A DNA stretch of 64,000 nt, from contig CACHCK010000003.1 in assembly GCA_902578305.1 (NCBI GenBank), positions 105 through 64,104 on the forward strand, written 5' to 3'. This document shows, in pieces, positions 1-8,560 of this stretch; the stretch's first letter is position 1, and every line of letters begins with the position of its first letter. The stretch is from an uncultured Pelagibacteraceae bacterium. GTDB taxonomy: Bacteria > Pseudomonadota > Alphaproteobacteria > Pelagibacterales > AG-422-B15. Under the pieces are notes generated by a model. The model made no database searches. It had not been told where the DNA came from and was given only the letters and a program-made list of their open reading frames with translations. The translations under genes were made by a program, and so were the position numbers.

Positions 1-2
1 AA

Positions 3-1133
3 CCAAATAATAATCCTGAAAATGAAGGACCTCTTGAAGAGGAAAATGAACAATTCGGATTTTATTGGGGTCCAAGTTATTACAATGACTATGCTGTCTA
101 TAGAGAAGCAACATTGCATAATGGTATATATTATTTACCAGAGGAAAATGGGCTATATAACGATCCTGGATCAGCTTATTCTGCATTCTTAGCCGCTGGA
201 GGCGGCGGCGGTGGATTAGGTGGCGGAAGCTTTTCATATCCTGGTCAAGGTACATATGGTAATGCAAACTATCGTCCTCCTTTTCAATATTCATCTCAAG
301 CAGATTATGACTCTGCAACCGCTGGCGGCTATTTGGGCTATCAAACTTTAGCTGATTATGATTCAGATACTGCCGCTAGAGGAGAAGGCGGTGGAGGAGG
401 CGGTTTTGAAACTGTATCCGAAGGCGGCGACACTGTTTATGATAGCGGAAGCGCATCTCCAATTGGAACAATGGGTGTAACTTCTTATGATCTTCTAGGT
501 GGAGATGATACGTTTGGTGAAGCAAATCTTGCTGGAAATTTCTCAGGTGGAACCTCAAGCACAGACTTCGTAGATGGAGGAAATGGCAATGATACTTTAT
601 ACGGAGGCGGTGGACTTGACGTATTGAAAGGTTCAGCTGGAACGGATGAACTACATGGTAACGCTGGAGACGATGTGTTGATCGGAGGTAATGATATCGA
701 TTTAATCTATGGAGGCAGCGGTACTAATGTTCTTGTAGGAGGAAGTTTTACAAGCGATGCAGTTATACCGGGACTACCAGGAATGCAGTTGGAAGATATG
801 AGTGCTGCAACAGTAGATGACAATGCAGCGGATATATTTGCATTTACTTCAAATGACTTTGGAACGAATCTGATAGGAACTGTAATTGCTGATTTTAACT
901 ATGGCGAAGACCAGCTTGCATTCAGTGCTGACGGTGGAACCTCCTGGTCCAACACGCCACTTGCTAGTGGAGAGCTTACTACAAATAGTAATAATTTAGG
1001 CACCGGCGAAACATGGATACTCTCTGGTACTGAATTAGCAGGAATAGACCCAGGTCTTGTATTATTTAAAATTATGGATGATCCGGGTTTGGGTGGTATT
1101 ACTGACGCCGATTTCGTTACTTTAGGCGCTTAG
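3..1133 (+). CDS. RTX-type Ca2+-binding secreted protein (5'-truncated by window edge), probable T1SS substrate
   Basis: The frame is open from position 3 (PNNNPENEGPLEEENEQFGFYW...), so the TTG at 114 is unlikely to be the real start. Acidic and Gly-rich, with six tandem GGxGxDxLx-type nonapeptides and a C-terminal DIFAF...IADFNYGEDQL segment typical of T1SS substrates. Lies directly upstream of T1SS genes. Confidence 0.85.
   Translation, partial: PNNNPENEGPLEEENEQFGFYWGPSYYNDYAVYREATLHNGIYYLPEENGLYNDPGSAYSAFLAAGGGGGGLGGGSFSYPGQGTYGNANYRPPFQYSSQADYDSATAGGYLGYQTLADYDSDTAARGEGGGGGGFETVSEGGDTVYDSGSASPIGTMGVTSYDLLGGDDTFGEANLAGNFSGGTSSTDFVDGGNGNDTLYGGGGLDVLKGSAGTDELHGNAGDDVLIGGNDIDLIYGGSGTNVLVGGSFTSDAVIPGLPGMQLEDMSAATVDDNAADIFAFTSNDFGTNLIGTVIADFNYGEDQLAFSADGGTSWSNTPLASGELTTNSNNLGTGETWILSGTELAGIDPGLVLFKIMDDPGLGGITDADFVTLGA
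576..737 (+). repeat. Six tandem RTX nonapeptide-coding repeats
   Basis: GGNGNDTLY GGGGLDVLK GSAGTDELH GNAGDDVLI GGNDIDLIY GGSGTNVLV. Confidence 0.85.
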
Positions 1134-1161
1134 GATAGAAGTTTAGCTTTTTATTACCTTC

Positions 1162-1189
1162 GCACTCTTGATTATTTTGAGTGTTTATT
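1162..1189 (+). terminator. Weak putative intrinsic terminator after the RTX gene
   Basis: gcactc-N11-gagtgt stem followed by ttatt. Confidence 0.3.
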
Positions 1190-1239
1190 AGTTATATCTT
1201 TTAATGTTGAAACGTATTATATTTCTGTAACATATTGAT

Positions 1240-2883
1240 ATGTTTGAAATTTTTAATCGATTGAAGAGGAATCCTGCTTTACTAACTAAGATTATTATTG
1301 CATCTTTCTTTGTTAATATACTAGCGCTAGCAACTCCAATATATGTCATACAAGTTTTGCAAAGGTATGTCGCTTACGGTGTTAACTCGACACTTATTAC
1401 ATTGGTCGCAGGTATCGCCTTTGTGGTGATCTTTGAATTTTTCTTTCGAAATATTCGTCATCGTATGACCAGAGAAACCGAAGCAGAAAACACAGTTCTG
1501 TCAGACAGAGTGATGAAAAAAATAGTATCAATCAAATCAAGTTTTTATGCGCTGCAAAAAAATTTTAGACCAGACATCGTTACACAAAACTTACAAACGA
1601 TTAAGAGCACCTTAAATGCAACTACAACCCTGATACTCATCGATGTCCCATTCGTTTTAATATTCTTGATTGCACTGTTTCTTATTCATTATCAACTTGG
1701 AATCATTACAACATTATTTTTAACGATACCCTTTATAGTTATAAACTTTTATAGAAAAAAAATTAACGATCTCAATCAACAGTCTTTACAAATTGGGCTT
1801 AATACAGCGAGACTTCATGACAATTCAAGTTCAAGATTTGAAAGTATCAAATATTTTAATTTAATAGAAATAGTTAAATCCGCATGGAGCTCTTTGATTA
1901 AGAAATCAATAAATGTAACTGAAGATCTTGAGGCTCAAAAAAATATTGTTGCCTCATTCATGACCTCATCATCAGCCCTTCTTACGGTTATAATTATAGC
2001 ATGGGGCGCAGTTCTTGCAGTTGATGGCGAAATTTCTGTTGGAGCGCTTATTGGTGCAAATATTCTTGCTGCCCGTGCTTTAGCTCCAATAGTCCGTTTT
2101 GTTCAAAATATTGAACCACTATATAAAGCAAATCATGCAATCAATGAACTTGCACAATTTCTAAATCTTCCACAGGATTCATCAGATGGAAATCAAATTA
2201 ATGACTTTAGTGGAAAGCTTCAAATTTCAGATTTACAATTCAAATACCCTGAAAGTAAGATTCCAATTTTTGAGGGGTTAAATATTGAAACTAAAGCAGG
2301 AGAACTGCTTGTAATCAATGGCTCCAATGGGTCTGGAAAATCTACTTTAATAAAATCTGTGATAAGATTGCTTGAATTTAATCGAGGTCAAATATTCTAT
2401 GATTCAATTGAAATAAATCAGCTTTCATTGGATTGGGTCAGAGCCAATTTGATTTACTTGCCACAGGAGCCAAAATTTGTTGATGGAACAATGCTTAATA
2501 ATCTTCTTGGGCAAAATCAGATTAAGAAAGATAAAATGACAGAAATATTAAGATCAGTTGATCTTCTTGATTTTATAAATTCAGATCCAAAAGGTATCGA
2601 TATGCCGTTTACAAATAGAGGAGAGGACCTGCCATTTGGGATTAGAAAAAGAATTGCACTAGCCAGAGCTTTGGTTATTGGTGGTAAACTCGTTGTTTTA
2701 GATGAGCCAACGGAATCAATTGACGATAGAGGTCGAAAATCAATATATAAATTAATAAATGATTTATTAAAAAATAAAAAAACTCTCATTATAGCAACAC
2801 AAGATGAGAAAATTTTAAATATTGCTGATTGCATCGTGAATCTAGATGTCAAACCGATTCCAAAAATAATTAAAAGAAAATAA
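1240..2883 (+). CDS. Type I secretion ABC transporter (permease+ATPase, no C39 domain), degenerate NBD motifs
   Basis: N-terminal TM domain (NILALATPIYVIQV typical of T1SS ABCs), Walker A GSNGSGKST, Walker B VVLDE. Signature reads LPFGI and H-loop reads ATQD. Confidence 0.9.
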   Translation: MFEIFNRLKRNPALLTKIIIASFFVNILALATPIYVIQVLQRYVAYGVNSTLITLVAGIAFVVIFEFFFRNIRHRMTRETEAENTVLSDRVMKKIVSIKSSFYALQKNFRPDIVTQNLQTIKSTLNATTTLILIDVPFVLIFLIALFLIHYQLGIITTLFLTIPFIVINFYRKKINDLNQQSLQIGLNTARLHDNSSSRFESIKYFNLIEIVKSAWSSLIKKSINVTEDLEAQKNIVASFMTSSSALLTVIIIAWGAVLAVDGEISVGALIGANILAARALAPIVRFVQNIEPLYKANHAINELAQFLNLPQDSSDGNQINDFSGKLQISDLQFKYPESKIPIFEGLNIETKAGELLVINGSNGSGKSTLIKSVIRLLEFNRGQIFYDSIEINQLSLDWVRANLIYLPQEPKFVDGTMLNNLLGQNQIKKDKMTEILRSVDLLDFINSDPKGIDMPFTNRGEDLPFGIRKRIALARALVIGGKLVVLDEPTESIDDRGRKSIYKLINDLLKNKKTLIIATQDEKILNIADCIVNLDVKPIPKIIKRK

Positions 2884-2889
2884 ATAACA

Positions 2890-4098
2890 ATGACGGATTT
2901 TGCGTTACCAGAAAAGCACAGAAAAAATACAAGGATATTATTTATCATTTTTTCGCTCTTTGCTGTGACCATTAGTTTATGGATGTTTCTGTTTAACATT
3001 GACATAATCAGTAACGCTGAAGGGCAAGTAATTCCAGCCGGTGAAGTAAAAACTGTTCAGCATCTTGAAGGGGGCATCATTGATCAAATACTTATAAAAG
3101 AAAGTGATATTGTAAAAAAAGATGATCCATTGGTCATTCTCGCTGCAACCGCAAGCGAAGTTGATGTAAATGAGGCGCAAGTTTTAATAGATGCAAAGAT
3201 TATAGAGTCAATACGTCTTGAAGCTGAGATAAATAATTTTGATGTTCCAGTATTTTCCGATGATCTCGTCAATAACAGACCTGAACTTATTAATAAATCT
3301 TTAGAGTTATTTGTTAGTAGAAAAAATAAGCTTGAAGGAGATATTAGAGAAGTAACAGCCGCAGTGGTGCAGCATCAAACAGCAATTGATATTTTGATCA
3401 AACAAACTGAAATGAGCTCTCAACTATTAGAGGAAGGGATAATAACAGAGTTTTCGCATCTTAATTTACTTAAAGAATTAAATGCTGCGAAGGGAGCCTT
3501 AGAGGCAGCTTTAGAAGAAAAAGAAAATTTAACAAAGAAATTTATTGAGGATGCAAGAAATGATAGGCAAATTGCACAAAGAGAAATTTCAGAATTAAAC
3601 GAAACAATCAAGGCACTTGAAGATAACCTAAACAGAACCATAATTACAGCTCCTGTTGATGGAGTAGTTAAAAACTTATTTTTTGTAACTATTGGTGGCG
3701 TTATAAGGCCAGGAGAAGCAATTCTGGATATTGTGCCGACTAAAGATAATTTAATAGTTGAGGCTAGACTTCAAGAAAGTGATATAGGATTTGTAAAACC
3801 TGGACAGAGTGCGGTCGTAAAGCTATCTTCAGCCGATGCTGTTAACTTTGGTCAAATAGATGGTACAGTTGAAAGAATTAGTCCCGATACTGAACAGGAT
3901 GAAAATGATAACAGAATTGTTTTCTATAATATTTTTGTTGAGTTAGACCAAAACTATTTTGAAAGTAAGGAAAAAATATATTATTTAGTTCCAGGAGTTA
4001 AAGTCACTGCAAGTATTCAAATTGGTGAACGCACACTAGCGAACTATTTATTATCTCCTTTTATTGGCTCAATGGGACAATCTTTTCAAGAAAGATAA
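2890..4098 (+). CDS. HlyD-family T1SS membrane fusion protein
   Basis: N-terminal TM, VQHLEGGII, coiled coil, ITAPVDGVV, GERTLANYLLSP. Confidence 0.92.
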   Translation: MTDFALPEKHRKNTRILFIIFSLFAVTISLWMFLFNIDIISNAEGQVIPAGEVKTVQHLEGGIIDQILIKESDIVKKDDPLVILAATASEVDVNEAQVLIDAKIIESIRLEAEINNFDVPVFSDDLVNNRPELINKSLELFVSRKNKLEGDIREVTAAVVQHQTAIDILIKQTEMSSQLLEEGIITEFSHLNLLKELNAAKGALEAALEEKENLTKKFIEDARNDRQIAQREISELNETIKALEDNLNRTIITAPVDGVVKNLFFVTIGGVIRPGEAILDIVPTKDNLIVEARLQESDIGFVKPGQSAVVKLSSADAVNFGQIDGTVERISPDTEQDENDNRIVFYNIFVELDQNYFESKEKIYYLVPGVKVTASIQIGERTLANYLLSPFIGSMGQSFQER

Positions 4099-4110
4099 TG
4101 TCACTTTATC

Positions 4111-4138
4111 TTGTACATTTAAAAACAAGCACTACATT
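4111..4138 (+). promoter_or_regulatory. Putative sigma70 promoter giving a leaderless kinase mRNA
   Basis: TTGTAC-16 nt-TACATT, ending 6 nt before ATG 4145; no SD. Confidence 0.4.
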
Positions 4139-4144
4139 AAGATT

Positions 4145-4639
4145 ATGAAAATATTGATTTGTGGATTACCTGGATCCGGAAAAACATGGTTGGCTGAAAG
4201 ACTTGTTCAAAATATAGATAATTGTGCTTGGTATAATGCAGATATTGTAAGAACTGCATCAAATGATTGGGATTTTTCAAAAGAGGGTAGGTCCAGGCAG
4301 GCAATGCGAATGAAAACCTTTGCTGACTTTGAAAAAAATAATGGAAGAGATGTAATATGTGATTTTGTGGCTCCATCAAAAGCCGCGAGAGATTCTTTTG
4401 GCGCAGATTATTTAATCTGGCTTGATACAATTAAGGAAGGAAGAGTTGTAGAAAATAAAAAAAAAGAATTAGAGAGCTCCAAGGACCTTCCATTTGAAGT
4501 TGAAACACTTGAGAGTTCTCAAGCATTTAAAGACACAACCAATATGTTCGAAGCGCCTAATAATGCAAATAAAATCATTACAAGCTTCATGAATGATCAG
4601 GAAATTGCTGCACTAGCTGATGAGATAACTAATGTTTGA
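4145..4639 (+). CDS. Small P-loop kinase related to adenylylsulfate kinase (CysC-like)
   Basis: GLPGSGKT P-loop. NADIVR...DWDFSKEGR, DFVAP and FEAP parallel the CysC motifs DGDxxR, LGFSxxDR, SFISP and YEAP. Start moved to ATG 4145 to remove the overlap with hlyD. Confidence 0.7.
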   Translation: MKILICGLPGSGKTWLAERLVQNIDNCAWYNADIVRTASNDWDFSKEGRSRQAMRMKTFADFEKNNGRDVICDFVAPSKAARDSFGADYLIWLDTIKEGRVVENKKKELESSKDLPFEVETLESSQAFKDTTNMFEAPNNANKIITSFMNDQEIAALADEITNV

Positions 4640-5027
4640 TTGGAAAAAGCCAACATCTCAGATGCTTGGTCGTTGGCAACCCTGGCATAAAGGACATACG
4701 GAGCTATTTAAAAAAGCTTTCAATTTATCAGGACAAGTATGCATAATGTTTAGAGACGTCTCAGGAGTTGATGCTGGAGTTGATGGTCAATCAGATAATC
4801 CGTTTGAGTTTGAAGAAGTAAAGCGACGTATAATTAACAGTCTTGAATTAGAGGGATTTAAAAATGAGAGAGAATTTATTGTAATAAAGGTACCTAATAT
4901 AACTGATATTTCATTTGGTAGAGGGGTAGGTTACACATTTACAGAGCACGACTTAGGAGAAGAAATTCATAAAATTTCGGCAACAAAAATACGGAAAGAG
5001 ATGAGAGATAAGGAAGAATTAGCTTAA
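4632..5027 (+). CDS. Small HIGH-superfamily (cytidylyltransferase-like) nucleotidyltransferase
   Basis: GRWQPWHKGH (HxGH), DNPF, GRGVGY and ISATKIR motifs; overlaps the kinase stop by 8 nt. Confidence 0.8.
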   Translation: MFDWKKPTSQMLGRWQPWHKGHTELFKKAFNLSGQVCIMFRDVSGVDAGVDGQSDNPFEFEEVKRRIINSLELEGFKNEREFIVIKVPNITDISFGRGVGYTFTEHDLGEEIHKISATKIRKEMRDKEELA

Positions 5028-5374
5028 AATATTGTTGCCCCAAATATTTTTATTTCACCGTCTTCTGTCCCTAAAACTAATCTTCCAAGATAGTCGCCAT
5101 CTGAAATAGTACTTTTTTGTTTGAATAGCACCGTAACATGTTCGTCTCTTCTAATGCACCCGAGAAATTCATTCTCTTGTTTTAAATTTGTAATAACCTC
5201 GTTGTTTGTCCATTGTTTTGCGAGCTCAATTTCATTCGCTCCAAAAAGCATTCTTGCTGAAAAATCTTTAGTAAATCCAAAGTAATCTTGAGAATTTGAG
5301 CAAATAATTAAGTTATCCCAGAGAGGGGAAGCAATTTCTAAAATTTCTTTGTCAGATTTTTTTAGTAAATCCAT
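5024..5374 (-). CDS. Hypothetical protein (resembles DUF3887-like small proteins), coupled to aprA
   Basis: 116 aa; ATG directly follows the aprA stop (TAAATG on the minus strand). Confidence 0.7.
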   Translation of the reverse strand: MDLLKKSDKEILEIASPLWDNLIICSNSQDYFGFTKDFSARMLFGANEIELAKQWTNNEVITNLKQENEFLGCIRRDEHVTVLFKQKSTISDGDYLGRLVLGTEDGEIKIFGATIF

Positions 5375-7210
5375 TTAGTCGACAAGATTATGCATTGGAG
5401 CCTTATTCATACTGAATTCACCTGTTTCCCTGTCTCTTTGTGAAACCGTCAAACAGTGCCAATTAGCATCATCAATTTTCATGTGATCACCACGATAATA
5501 ATAGCCAGGCCACCGTGTTTCTTCCCTAAATAATGTATGACTCGTTACACACTGAGAAGTGGTAACTCTATGCTTTAATTCCCAAGCTCTCATTAGTTGG
5601 TGATAATCTTCTGCAGCTACATGCTCTAAATCTTCTTCAAGCATCTTTAGGAGGTTAGTCCCAATTTTTAATAAATTATCATTTGTCATATATGAAACCC
5701 CAACACCGCCTACGTATTCATCCATGATTTTTTGTAAACGTTGAAGCCCTTGAATTGGAAGAATATAGCTTGGCGATACTGTGCCGGCAGTAATTTCGTT
5801 TCTTCCTACTTTATAATTTTCAAGAGGTTTGTAGATTACTTCTTTTAAATCTTCGTATTGTTTATCAGTAACTTTAATTTCTTCATTTCGCATATCATTT
5901 ACGTATTTTACAGCAGCTTTTGCTGCAAGACGTCCCTCAGTAAATGATCCTGAGGAAAACTTATGCGCACTTCCACCAACTGTATCTCCTGCTCCAAACA
6001 AACCATTGACACTTGTCATCCTGTTGTATCCCCAGAAATAATCGCTTGGTGAAATATCCTCTGGACCACTCACCCAGGCTCCGGAACAAGTAGCGTGTGA
6101 GCCCATTACATACGGTTCGGATGTAGTAAGTTCAGGATTAGTATATTTTGGGTCAATGTTCTGAGATGCCCATACGACTGCTTGACCAACAGTCATACCA
6201 AGAAAGTTCTCCCAGCCAACTGTTTCCATGTGAGGATCTTGAAATGCTTCTTTGGTAACCATGTGAATAGGGCCACGTCCAGCTTTTACCTCTTCAATAA
6301 ATGCATGGTTTCTTAAGCAAGTTGGCACAGGGACATGATCAATATATTCGCCTACAAGTTTTTTAGTTTCTTCGTACCATTTTTTTTCATAATTCTCCCC
6401 ATTACCATTTTCTGTATAAGTCTTGAGATGTAAAAAATAAGCACCCACTGGCCCGTAACCATCTTTAAATCTTGTCAGAACTATTCTATTTTCCATTTGT
6501 GTCATTTTTGCTCCAGCCATAATAGGAAGAGCGTATGCTGAGCCATTACTCCATGGTGCATACCAAGTCCTTCCCATTCCTTCACCAACAGCTCTTGGTT
6601 TGAAAATATGAGATGCTCCTCCTGCAGCCACAATAACTGCTTTGGCTTTAAAAACATGGTAATTTCCTGTTCGCATATTGAAACCTACAGCTCCGCCCAC
6701 TCGGTCAGATTTACTTTCATCCATGAGAAGATGAGTAATCATTATTCTATTGTAAATTTTATCAGCTGATTTTTTTGCGGCTTCAGCTACAATGGGTTTA
6801 TAACTTTCACCGTGGATCATTATCTGCCATTTGCCTTCCCTTTGGTACCTGCCGGTTTCTTTGTCTCGCATGATTGGTAATCCCCATTCATCAAACATAT
6901 GAACAGTAGAATCAACATGTCTTGCGATATCGTATGTAAGATCCTCTCTAACTAAACCCATAAGGTCATTTCTGGCATATCGAACATGATCTTCTGGTTG
7001 GTTTTCATTCCATTGCATTCCCATATAGCAATTTATAGCGTATAGTCCTTGAGCTACTGCACCGCTTCGATCAATATTTGCTTTTTCAACACATACTATT
7101 TTAAGATCTCTGCCCCAATGTCTTGCTTCAAAGGTAGCTCCTGTTCCAGCCATTCCACCGCCGACAATGAGAATGTCACAATCCTCATGAATTGTTTTAA
7201 TTGAAGCCAT
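5375..7210 (-). CDS. aprA: Adenylylsulfate (APS) reductase alpha subunit
   Basis: GGGMAG FAD motif, RSGAVAQGLYAIN, WQIMIHGESYK, EETRWPGYYYRGD. Confidence 0.97.
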   Translation of the reverse strand: MASIKTIHEDCDILIVGGGMAGTGATFEARHWGRDLKIVCVEKANIDRSGAVAQGLYAINCYMGMQWNENQPEDHVRYARNDLMGLVREDLTYDIARHVDSTVHMFDEWGLPIMRDKETGRYQREGKWQIMIHGESYKPIVAEAAKKSADKIYNRIMITHLLMDESKSDRVGGAVGFNMRTGNYHVFKAKAVIVAAGGASHIFKPRAVGEGMGRTWYAPWSNGSAYALPIMAGAKMTQMENRIVLTRFKDGYGPVGAYFLHLKTYTENGNGENYEKKWYEETKKLVGEYIDHVPVPTCLRNHAFIEEVKAGRGPIHMVTKEAFQDPHMETVGWENFLGMTVGQAVVWASQNIDPKYTNPELTTSEPYVMGSHATCSGAWVSGPEDISPSDYFWGYNRMTSVNGLFGAGDTVGGSAHKFSSGSFTEGRLAAKAAVKYVNDMRNEEIKVTDKQYEDLKEVIYKPLENYKVGRNEITAGTVSPSYILPIQGLQRLQKIMDEYVGGVGVSYMTNDNLLKIGTNLLKMLEEDLEHVAAEDYHQLMRAWELKHRVTTSQCVTSHTLFREETRWPGYYYRGDHMKIDDANWHCLTVSQRDRETGEFSMNKAPMHNLVD

Positions 7211-7214
7211 CTAT

Positions 7215-7679
7215 TTAGTTGATTCCTTTTTGATTATCTTTCTTTAGACTTGGAAGACCTGTATCAATATTCAGTCCATTTGGTTCTGAGTATAGTAACT
7301 GTGAATTTACTTCTTCATTTGTTGGGGGAGCTTCATCTGCAAGTTTTGGAATATGCTTTCCCCAAGGTTTAGTTGTAATAGGCGAAACAAAATTTTTCTC
7401 GTGACCATTTCGAAATTTAATTCTCCAAGATATCGTACCTTTTTCCTCTTCACGTAAAACTCTCACCTTATGATGCATTGGCGCAAAATCAGCATATCCT
7501 CTCGCATCAATAGCATTCTGTGGACAGGCCTTTACACAAGAATAGCATTCCCAACACATGTTAGGCTCTATATTCACTGCACGTCTTGTTTCTTTATCTA
7601 TATGCATAATGTCTGATGGACATATATCCACGCAATGACCACAACCATCGCATCTTGTCATGTATACAAATGTTGACAT
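7215..7679 (-). CDS. aprB: APS reductase beta subunit (2x[4Fe-4S])
   Basis: CDGCGHCVDICP and CWECYSCVKACP, RGYADFAP. Confidence 0.97.
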   Translation of the reverse strand: MSTFVYMTRCDGCGHCVDICPSDIMHIDKETRRAVNIEPNMCWECYSCVKACPQNAIDARGYADFAPMHHKVRVLREEEKGTISWRIKFRNGHEKNFVSPITTKPWGKHIPKLADEAPPTNEEVNSQLLYSEPNGLNIDTGLPSLKKDNQKGIN

Positions 7680-7718
7680 ATATATTCCTCTTCTAGTTTC
7701 CTAGTAAATCAGTTTTTA

Positions 7719-8507
7719 TTAATAATGCCTAGGCGATTCTCGTTTAATTCCAAGCCCAAATTGTTTTGGTGCATCAGCTGGGGCAGGCAAGTCATCTCTA
7801 AAACCGTCTGCTTCAGATAGATTCTTCTGAATCGCTGCACCTGGCTTATAAAACATATGAGCAAATTTCGACCAATAAACACCACCAAACAATATAATAT
7901 TAGATATGCCAAAGAGCACTAAAAACAAAGTATCCAGTATTGGAATTTCTGATGACTGAGTAAATGACCAGGCTAATCCAAATGTTGCTGCAGCTAAAAG
8001 TGATAACACAAAAAGATCTGCTCTTATTATTCTATTCCATGGATTTGCTTCAGCAGAGACATCTACCCTTAAGAAAAACCAAAACCAATAACCTCCTAGA
8101 CAAGTCATTATAGCGCCAACATGCCATAACAATGAAAGTTGATGAGGAGCGGATGAATCAGCATATCCAAATATTAAGACAACAGAAGCAACCCAAAATA
8201 ATATAGAGCCATACATACCTAAAAGATGAGCAACTCTTCTTTGACCGCTACCTAATTCTGAAGTTGTTAGAATGTCGCTTGCAATTGTCTTGCTTACAAT
8301 TTTTGCTTTTTGAGAACCACTCAATTCATTTGTTGCAGACGCTTTTGCTCTTTTAAAATTAATGAAAAAATATTTTGCATTTTTCTTATGCGCCATATCC
8401 ACTAAAGTACCTATTGCAACCATCAGTATCATGACAACTACAAAGCCTTGTAACGCAATAGCGGGCACAAAAGTCATGAGTTCTTCAAAAGGATTTATAT
8501 AAATCAT
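7719..8507 (-). CDS. aprM: APS reductase membrane anchor
   Basis: Multi-TM protein upstream of aprBA; AHLLGMYG, WSKFAHMFYKP. Confidence 0.88.
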   Translation of the reverse strand: MIYINPFEELMTFVPAIALQGFVVVMILMVAIGTLVDMAHKKNAKYFFINFKRAKASATNELSGSQKAKIVSKTIASDILTTSELGSGQRRVAHLLGMYGSILFWVASVVLIFGYADSSAPHQLSLLWHVGAIMTCLGGYWFWFFLRVDVSAEANPWNRIIRADLFVLSLLAAATFGLAWSFTQSSEIPILDTLFLVLFGISNIILFGGVYWSKFAHMFYKPGAAIQKNLSEADGFRDDLPAPADAPKQFGLGIKRESPRHY

Positions 8508-8560
8508 AAGTATCAGTTCACTATAACAGAATCTATAAATAATAACTATTATTTATACTT

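Noticed and set aside
114-116. TTG as the start of the RTX gene
   Set aside because: The frame is open to the window edge, so the gene probably starts upstream
3-1133. Higher GC of the RTX gene as a sign of horizontal transfer
   Set aside because: Explained by Gly/Ala/Asp-rich codons; no integrase, transposase or att site seen
4064-4144. Extended N-termini given by the ORF track (4064; also 14816, 18435, 37668, 58853)
   Set aside because: They overlap neighbouring genes or promoter space; family motifs begin at downstream ATGs (4145, 14867, 18399, 37788, 58883)
5375-8507. Dissimilatory sulfate reduction or lithotrophic sulfur oxidation
   Set aside because: AprM-type operon with no qmo, dsr, sat or sox in the window; this cannot be claimed from these genes alone
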